Of a stretch of 64,000 nucleotides of DNA, positions 54,935 to 64,000 are shown piece by piece. The notes below the pieces were generated by a model. The model was not told the DNA's origin and did no database searches. It was given only the letters and a program-made list of their open reading frames with translations. A program made the translations under genes and the position numbers. Source of the DNA: Octopus sinensis (lineage: Eukaryota); contig NC_043015.1 of NCBI RefSeq assembly GCF_006345805.1, positions 37,882,001 to 37,946,000 of the forward strand, in the 5' to 3' direction. Every line of letters starts with the position of its first letter. The stretch's first letter is position 1.

Positions 54935-55170
54935 GAAGATAATGACCAAACTGTCTACTCTTATCCACCAGTTCCAACACGGTTTAACAAACAAGGAGAC
55001 AAAATTGCTTGACTAGATTTGACTGCAAAGCCAGAACATCTATGGACTTCCCAAAATCTACAAAAGTTGAGCCAAAAACAAAACCTGTAACAAGTTAACT
55101 CTATAGTCATAAATATTCCACACCCGAGAGATTCCGAATGAGGCCAATTATGGCCGATCAAGGTATGTAT
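54935..55170 (+). mobile_element. Second copy of the Penelope-like RT fragment
   Basis: KIMTKLSTLIHQFQHGLTNKET..NIYGLPKIYK..MRPIMA; near-identical to 52326-52560. Confidence 0.75.
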
Positions 55171-56035
55171 ATACGGGGTGCTTAACACTCGCAAATCTGA
55201 AGTCGCTAAAGGTGCAATAAATTGAACTTCTTTTCATTTAGAAATTAGGGATATACAATGTGGGTATCTTAGAGATGCTTAAAGTGTTGTTGTAGCTGTA
55301 ATTGTCGCACACACACAAACGAATAAAAACACCAAGAGGCTCACACACACTTAAACACAGAAATAAAATCATTCACAATACACAAACACTGAAATGAAAA
55401 CAGTTACATACCTACACACGCACAAACACACACACACATATATAGCAACGAAAAAGACACAATTACACATCCAAACTCTCACACACTCACATACGCACAA
55501 AACACACAGAAATGAAAACGCAGTAAAATATCGGTTCTGCAAAAGAGACCTATACATTAAGTAATAGGCTTACAAATAATAATTCCTGTGGTTGATTGCT
55601 TCACTAAAGGCGGTGCTCCACCATGGTCACAGTGAATTAACTGAAAGAGTCTAAGAGCGACAAAGTGTATATACGATAACTACATACTTAAGGGAGATAA
55701 CTACACAGTATCTTCTAACAGTTACTTCCCTTGAATATTATATTTTAACAATAATAAAATTATTTTTAGGAAATTAACTTCGGAAGGGGAGATAACTAGA
55801 TAACATCTTCCAGAGTTACTTTCCGTAAATGTAATTTAATTACTTCGTTAAATTATAATATGCGAGGGAGGGAGTAACTCTCAATTATATTATTCAGATA
55901 TGACACACTTTTACGATTTTTTGGAGTTAAACTGCTCTCTCTAGTGAGTCGGATGTCCCATTATGGCCATCCATATTATATATAATATATAGAATATATA
56001 TATATAATATATATGTATATATATACATATCTCCT

Positions 56036-56066
<31 letters not shown>

Positions 56067-56268
56067 CCTAAACAAACACTGAAAAAAACTACTCAGACAC
56101 ACACACTCACATACGCACAAACACAAACACACAAATAAAAATACAGATACATATTCACACTCAAACACGCGGTCAAACACAGAAATTAGAACAGTTACAT
56201 ACGTACACATGCACAAACACACAGACACACACAAATAGAAATGAAAAATACAGTTACACACTCACTAA

Positions 56269-56410
56269 CCCTGAATTACATGCCCCTGAATTACATGCCC
56301 CTGAAGTACCTGCTCCTCAATTACATGCCCCTTAATTACCTGCCCCTGAATTACCGTCCCATGAATTACGTGCCCCTGAATTACCTGTCCCTGAATTAAA
56401 AGCCCCTGAA
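56269..56410. repeat. Short block of the 15-bp satellite
   Basis: About 9 units of ccctgaattacatgc starting at ctaaccct. Confidence 0.92.
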
Positions 56411-56424
56411 TGTATGAAAATCTA

Positions 56425-57845
56425 TGTATGGACGCATGTGTGAACGAGGCTTGTGTGTATGAACGCATGATTTGTGAACGAAGCTTGTTTGTATGGACGA
56501 ATGATGTGTGAACGAAGCTTCTTTGTATGGACGCATGATGTGAACGAGGCATATTTGTATGGACGAATGATGTGTGAACGAGGCTTGTTTGTATGGACGC
56601 ATGATGTGTGAACGAGGCTTGTTTGTATTGACGCATGTGTGAACGAGGCTTGTTTGTATAGACACATGACGGGTGAACGAGGCTTGTTTGTATGGACGCA
56701 TTACGGGTGAACGAGGATTGTTTCTATGGACGCATGACGGGTGAACGAGGATTGTTTGTATGGACGCATGACGGGTGAACGAGGCTTGTTTGTATAGACG
56801 CATGTATGAACGAGGCTTGTTTGTATAGACGCATGACGGGTGAACGAGGCTTGTTTGTATAGACGCATGACGGGTGAACGAGGCTTGTTTGTATAGACGC
56901 ATGATGTGTGAACGAGGCTGTTTGTATGGAAGCATGATGTGTGAACGAGGCTTTTTTGTATGGAAGCAGACGTGTGAACGAGGCTTTTTTGTATGGACGC
57001 ATGACGTGTAAACGAGGCTTGTTTGTATGGACGCATGACGTGTGGACGAGGCTTGTTTGAATGGACGCATGACGGGTGAACAAGGCTGTTTGTATGGACG
57101 CATGACGGGTGAACGAGGCTTGTTTGTATGGACGCATGACGGGGTGAACGAGGCTTGTTTGTATGGACGCATGACGGACGGGTGAACGAGGCTTGTTTGT
57201 ATGGACGCATGATGTGTTAACGAGGCTTGTTTGTATGGACGCATGTGTGAACCGAGGCTCGTTTGTATAGACGCATGACGTGTGAACGAGGCTTTGTTTG
57301 TTATAGACGCATGACGGGGTGAACGAGACTTGTTGTATGAACGCATGACGGGTGAACGAGGATTGTTTGTATGGACGCATGACGGGTGGTGAACGAGGAT
57401 TGTTTGTATGGACGCATGACGGGTGAACGAGGCTTGTTTGTATGGACGCATGACGGTGTGAACGAGGCTTGTTTGTATGGACGCATGACGAGTGAACGAG
57501 GCTTGTTGTATGGACGCATGACGGGGTGAACGAGGCTTGTTTGTATGGACGCATGACGGGTGAAACGAGGCTTGTTTGTATGACGCATGGACGGAGGGGT
57601 GAACGAGGTTTGTTTGTATGGACGCATGACGGGTGAACGAGGCTTGTTTGTATAGACGCATGACGGGTGAACGAGGTGTTTGTATGGACGCCATGACGGG
57701 TGAACGAGAGCTTGGTTGTGTGGACGCATGATGTGTGAACGAGGCGTGTATGTATGGACGCATGACGAGTGAACGAGGCTTGTTTGTATGGACGCATGTG
57801 TGAACGAGGCTTGTTTCCCATGGACGCATGATGTGTGAACGAGGC
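56425..57845. repeat. 34-bp satellite, consensus TGAACGAGGCTTGTTTGTATGGACGCATGACGGG
   Basis: About 40 tandem units, with 31-bp and longer variants. Confidence 0.97.
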
Positions 57846-57903
57846 TAACCCCAACCCTAACCCCGACCTGAAAACTAACCCTAACCCAACCCAACCCAAC
57901 CCC
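57845..57903 (+). repeat. Degenerate telomere-like (CCCTAA/CCCAA)n
   Basis: ctaaccccaaccctaacccc..ctaaccctaacccaacccaacccaaccc. Confidence 0.7.
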
Positions 57904-60663
57904 ATCGTAATGTAATTACATGTAAGTGCGAACAAACGCACACACACACACGCACCACACTTTAAACATATATACGATGGTATTTTATCAGTTTCCTTCC
58001 ACTAAATCCAATCACAAGGATTAGGTCGGCCTTGGGGTACAGTAGTGTTGTTGTAGCTGTAATTGTCGCACAACCAACGAATAAAAACACAGTCGCTCAC
58101 ACACACGTACACAACAATAAAAAACATTCACACAAACACAGACACTTAAATGAAAATAGCAACACACACAATAAAAAAAGTCCCACGCACACAAAAACTG
58201 AAAAAAAAATTCTCACAAAAACACTCACATACAACACAAGACAAACACAAATAAAAATACAGATACATATTCACACACTAAAAACGCGGACAAACACAGA
58301 AATGAAAACAGTTACATACCTACACATGCACAAACACAGACACACACACAAATACAAATGGAAAATACGGTAACAATCCAAACCTCTCACCCACACTAAC
58401 ATACGCACAAACACACACACAACATAAGCACCCACACACAGAAATGAAAACGCCGGTACACACTCACAATAAAACCCTAACCGTAACTAGCACAAACATA
58501 CAATTTATTCAGAATGTAGAAGGGCATTGGGTGCTTTGCACTCGCAGTTAGAATATCAACTCCCTCCACGCCTATATTAGAATTTCTGTCATCCACTTGT
58601 GAAATTAATACATTGACGACACATGGGAAAAATATGAGCAAACATCTGAAGCCACTAAAGGTGCAATAAATTGAACTTATTTTGATTTAGTATTTAGTGA
58701 TCTCAAAAGTGGATATCTTACAAATGGTCAAAGTGTTTGTTGTAGTTGTAAGTGTCGCACACACACAAACAAATAGAAACACTCAGTCGCTCACACACTC
58801 GCGCACACAGAAATAAAAACACTCTCACACCACAAACATGAAATGAAAATACCCACACTCACATAAATAAAAACAGTCCCACACAAACAAGGAGCCCCAA
58901 TAGGTATATCAAAAAAAGTTTCTAGTATTTTTCCTAGCCATAATTTATGATAACTGAAATTCTTACAATGAATAAATACCTACTAAATCAGTATACGAAC
59001 ATTACGTCCCCGTAACTTATCGGTTCTGCAAAAGAGACCTATACATTAAGTAATAGGCATACAAGAATAATTCCTGGGGTTGATTTGCTTCACTAAAGGC
59101 AGTGCTCCACAATGGTCACAGTGAATAACTGAAACAGTCTAAGGGAGATAACTACAAAGTATCTTCTACAGTTACTTCCCTTGAATATTATAATTTAACA
59201 ATAAAAAAAATATGAAGGGAGATTAACTCGCGGAAGGGAGATAACTAGATAACATCTTCCAGAGTTACTTTCCTTACATACAATTATATACTTTTAATAA
59301 TTATAATGAGCAAGAGGAAGTAACTTTCGAATATATTATTCAGACATGGCATATATATATATATAGATATATATATGTATATATATTATATATCTATATA
59401 ATATTTATATATATATATAATATATACCTATCTATATACCACGGGCTACTTTCTGTTTCAGTGTACCAAATCTACTCAGAAACGTTGGTCTGTCCGAGGC
59501 TATATTGGAAGACACTTGCCCATGGGACCACATAGTTGGACAGAACCAGAAACACCGTGTTTGGAAAGCAAGCTACATAGCCACTCTTACTGCTACATTA
59601 TAATATATATATATATACATACGACAGTCTTCTTTTAGTTTCCGTCTCCCAAATCCACTCACAAGGCTTTGATCGTCCCGGAGACTATAGTAGAAGACAT
59701 TTGCCAAACATGCCACCCAGTGGGACTGAACACGGAAACATTTGTTAGGTAAGCAAGCTAATTCCCATTCAGACACTACTGTTTGGTAACCGGACAAGTT
59801 CAAGGCGAGAATTAATTGTTGTATGCAAATGAGTTCATTAATGTGGTCCGGAACTTTCATGGCTGGTTCTTATGAGACAATGCAACCAGCTTGGGTATAG
59901 GTGGACTGTGCTCACACACGCACAAAACTCTCACACGTCCACACCCACGAATATAGATACATGCAAAGACGCCAATCTCGTACCTATTATGTTTAAATAT
60001 GTGACCTTAAAACTGAGACATTCTGGAAACACACGTCCGCACCCAGGCACAAAGATACATCCATATACGCAAACTCGTAGCTATTTATGTTTTAAACATG
60101 TTGACCTTTAACACCGTGACATTCTGTGTCTGTTTGTGTGCTCGCATTTCAGCGAGAATGATTGCTCACGAACCGCAATGTGCTGAGTTCAAACCAACAG
60201 CGTTGCACCTTTGGCAAGTGTATTCGACTATAGCCTAGGGCCGACCAATGTTTTCTGAGTGGAGTTTGTAGAGGGAAACTGAAAATAGCCGTCGTATACA
60301 TGAATATCGACGTATGAATGGCTATGTTGTAAGTAGTTTGCTTACGAACCACATGGTTCGGGTTCATTCCGACTGCCTGTCATCTTCTGCAATTGTCTAC
60401 TATTGTAGCCCCAGGGCCTACTAATCCTTGTGATGGGATTTAGTGGAACAAAACTGACAGAATCTCGTCGTACATATATTTAAAGTGTGTGTGTGTGTGT
60501 TTGTTTGCACTCGAAGGGCACACGAGAATGCACGCACGCACGTACTATCACACATACAGATGCAAGTTTTCTTATAAAACGGAAGAACTCCCATTCCATC
60601 CCTTACAGTTTCTTTTTGTTTTAGATACTACATATACGCGTGTGGTATATTCACGTATATCTG

Positions 60664-60695
<32 letters not shown>

Positions 60696-60799
60696 GATAT
60701 AAATATATATAATATATATAGATATATATATAAATCTATAAATATATATATATAATATAAATATATATATATATATATATAAATATATATTATATATAG

Positions 60800-60859
<60 letters not shown>

Positions 60860-61777
60860 ATATAATTATATATATACAATATATATATATACCATATATT
60901 AGATACCAATATACGACATATAAATACACAAACACATACATGTGTGTGTGTGTGTGTGCGTTGTTATATATATAAATGTGCAATAAATTAAACTTATTTT
61001 GATTTAGTATTAGTGATCTCAAATGTGGGTATCTTACAAATGGTCAAAGTGTTTGTTGTAGTTGTAAGTGTCGCACACACACAAACAAATAGAAACACTG
61101 AGTCGCTCACACACTCGCGCATGCAGAAATAAAAACACTCTCACACACAAAAACACTGAAATTAAAATACCCCACACTCAAATATAAAAAACACAACAGT
61201 CCACACACACAAGGAGCCCCAATAGAGGTATATCAAAAAAGTTTCTAGTATTTTTCCTAGCCCATAATTTATGATAATTGAAGTTCTTACAATAAAAAAA
61301 TACCTACTAAATCAGTATATCGAACATTACGTCCCCGTAACTTTTCGGTTCTGCAAAGAGACCTATGCATTAAGTAATAGGCATACAAAGAATAATTCCG
61401 GGGTGATTTGCTTCACTAAAGGCGGTGCTCCACCATGGTCACAGTGTGAAATAACTGAAATAGTCTAAGAGCGACAAAGTGTATATTACGATAACTACAT
61501 ACTTAAGGGAGATAACTACAATGTATCTTCTACAGTTACTTCTCTGAATATTATAATTTAACAAGAAAAAAATATGAAGGGAAATTAACTCTTGGAAGGG
61601 AGATAACTAGATAACATCTTCCAGAGTTACTTTCCTTACATATAATTATATTACTTTTAATAAATTATAATGAGCAAGATAAACTGCTCTCTCTAGTGAG
61701 TCGGATGTCCCATTATGGCCATCCATATATTTAAATATCTATATGTATATACATATATCTATCAATATATACCTATG

Positions 61778-61851
<74 letters not shown>

Positions 61852-61919
61852 CTTTATTTTAAGCAGCAGAAAATTCAGTACTCTTTTTCCACCTTGTTTC
61901 ACATTTATGTGTTTACTCC

Positions 61920-61970
<51 letters not shown>

Positions 61971-62830
61971 CCTATCTATATACCACGGGCTACTTTCTGT
62001 TTCGGTGTACAAAATCTACTCAGAAACGTTGGTCGTCTGAGGCTATATTGGAAGACACTTGCCCATGGGGCACGCAGTTGGACTGAACCAGAAACACCGT
62101 GTTTGGAAAGCAAGCTACATAGCCACTCTTACTGCTACAATATATATATATACATATTACATACGACAGTCTTTTTTTAGTTTCCGTCTCCCAAATCCAC
62201 TCACAAGGCTTTGGTCGTCCCGAGACTATAGTAGAAGACATATTGCCCAACATGCCACCCAGTGGGACTGAACTCGGAAACATTTGTTAGGTAAGCAAGC
62301 TAATTCCCATTCAGAGACACATACTGTTGTTAACCGGACAAGTTCAGTCGAACCCTAATTGTTTGTAATGCAAATGCGTTCATTAATGTGGTCCGGAACT
62401 TTCACGGCTGTTTCTTATGAGACGATGCAACCAGCTGGGTATAGGTGGACTGTGCTCAACACACGCACAAACACTCACACGTCCACACCCACGAATATAG
62501 ATACATGCAAAGACGCAATCTCGTACCTATTTATGTTTTAAATATGTGACTTTAAAACTGAGACATTCTGAAAAACACGTCCGCACTCATGCACATAGAT
62601 ACATGCATATACACAAACTCGTAGCTATTTATGTTTTAAACATGTTGACCTTTAAACCATGACATTCTGTGTCTGTTTGTGCACGCATTTCTGTGAGAAT
62701 GATGATCACGAACGGTAAATTTTGGAGTCAATCCGACGGGATGTAGTGGTCTTTAAACGTTCCAGACAAACAAACAAAACAAACTTTCGCATTTCAGTTT
62801 TATAAATAGATAAATATATATATATATATT

Positions 62831-62868
<38 letters not shown>

Positions 62869-62874
62869 CTGCTA

Positions 62875-63302
62875 GGCGTAGGAGCGGCTTTGTGATAAGT
62901 AGCTTGCTTACGAACCACTGTGTTCTGGTTCAGTCCACTGCGTGGAACCTTGGACAAGTGTCTTCAACCTATATCCTCGGGGTGACCCAAGCCTTGTGAA
63001 TAGATTCGTAGACGGAAACTAAATGAAGCCCATCGTGTGTGTATACATATATATATATATATAATACATACATAATATATATATATACATACATACATAT
63101 TATATATATATATACATATACGTTTGTATGGCCTCTTATCCATCGAACAGTGCTTGACAAACGATGCTGCTGTTTTTCACGCACCCGTAACTGAACGGTT
63201 CGGCAAAGAGAATAGGTCCTGGGCTCTATTTCTTTGACTGAAGGCGGTGCTCCAACATGGCCGCAGTCAAATAACTGAAAGTAGCAAAGTGAGTGAAAGA
63301 GT
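62875..63302 (+). mobile_element. SINE family A, full length
   Basis: ggcgtaggagcggctttgtgataagtagcttgc..ggaaccttggacaagtgtctt..ggcggtgctccaacatggccgcagtcaaataactgaaa. Confidence 0.9.
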
Positions 63303-63396
63303 AATTAGCGAAAACAGTGTATATTCTGTTGTGTCTGGGATAGTCTTTCTCTTTAGTGCCTTATTATTAAATACACATCACCAGTAAAAATCAAGG

Positions 63397-63915
63397 AGTG
63401 ATATTAGTAGAGGCCAGAGCCCATGGAGAACTAGCCCGTAGATTAGAAAAGCTCTGAAAGAGACCAAACTCAACATTAAAATTGTTGAAAAGCCAAGGAA
63501 CTCCGTCAGGTCACAATTATGAAGGACATGCCCGTTTAAGAATACCATATGCACAATTGATAACTGCATGGCATGTAGAATTAGCCCTGGTATTAACTGT
63601 AGAACTCGAAATGTAGTTTACAATATAAGATGCATAGAAGGTGCTTGTAAGGACATGAACAGACATGACATGACATAGAAGAGAAGAGACGTCTAAGAGC
63701 ATTGCGGAACGGATAACATAAATGAACATTTAAGACAACTTGACGACAGAAAACAGTCTTCTATACTCTACCAACATGCCAAGGACCACCATGGAGATAA
63801 CTTGGATCAACCTGACATCCGCATCTTATCCAAGCACCCAGCCCCCATCCCTGCTTTTCAATGCTAAACCGATAAAAACAGTCATCAACACTATAAATAA
63901 ACCTGATGAATCTCT
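63397..63915 (+). mobile_element. Penelope-like element, GIY-YIG endonuclease remnant
   Basis: GELARRL..KETKLNIKIVEKP..CTIDNCMAC..NCRTRNVVYNIRC..ETSKSIAER..EHLRQLDDRKQSSILYQHAKDHH: a Cys-rich linker plus VVY/(YIG)ET/R..EH/H signatures, with stops and frameshifts. Confidence 0.85.
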
Positions 63916-64000
63916 ACTCTCCTCATCACCCCAAATCCCAACCTCTAGTTCAAACTTTGATCTCTTACTTGACTATTCTCTCTAAAAACCCTTCACAAAT

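Larger units (their letters stand above)
52560..62720 (+). repeat. Composite unit (~2-2.5 kb) duplicated in 3-4 partial copies
   Basis: Shared anchors: ggagccccaatag..gtatatcaaaaaagtttctag at ~53530/58891/61213; cggttctgcaaa(a)gagacctat at ~53660/55532/59021/61346; gggagataactagataacatcttccagagttac at ~53933/55788/59236/61598; aggtaagcaagctaattcccattcaga at ~54372/59747/62290. The unit contains SINE A fragments. Confidence 0.9.

Noticed and set aside
56425-57845. CRISPR-like 34-bp repeats
   Set aside because: The units are head-to-tail with no unique spacers, there are no cas genes, and the context is eukaryotic.
56396-57947. Long ORFs (477, 407 and 197 aa) on the minus strand
   Set aside because: They are translations of the 34-bp satellite. 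Several frames are open at once and cycle through the same peptides.

Overview
This is AT-rich, microsatellite-saturated animal DNA with no host protein-coding gene that I can support. The two dominant tRNA-derived SINE families point to an octopod cephalopod (inference). Positions 1-44.6 kb are an intergenic or intronic mosaic. They hold many SINEs, decayed Tc1/mariner transposons (one full-length irritans-like mariner, two 3'-end fold-back derivatives, several MITE-like palindromes), three R4/Dong-like LINE 3' fragments around (TAA)n, an RTE fragment and a 3.9-kb (CTA/CTG)n array. After a 100-N gap (44602-44701) comes a satellite and segmental-duplication block: a 7.6-kb 15-bp satellite with higher-order structure, a 34-bp satellite, degenerate CCCTAA repeats, a composite unit in 3-4 copies and Penelope-like RT and GIY-YIG remnants. 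The most notable hidden signal is a set of seven type-I hammerhead-ribozyme-like motifs, from intact to degenerate, in short elements next to dinucleotide microsatellites. Two have unusually long stem II insertions and two form a head-to-head inverted pair. Almost all ORFs in the supplied track are repeat artefacts. All alignments and counts were done by eye, and element boundaries are approximate.
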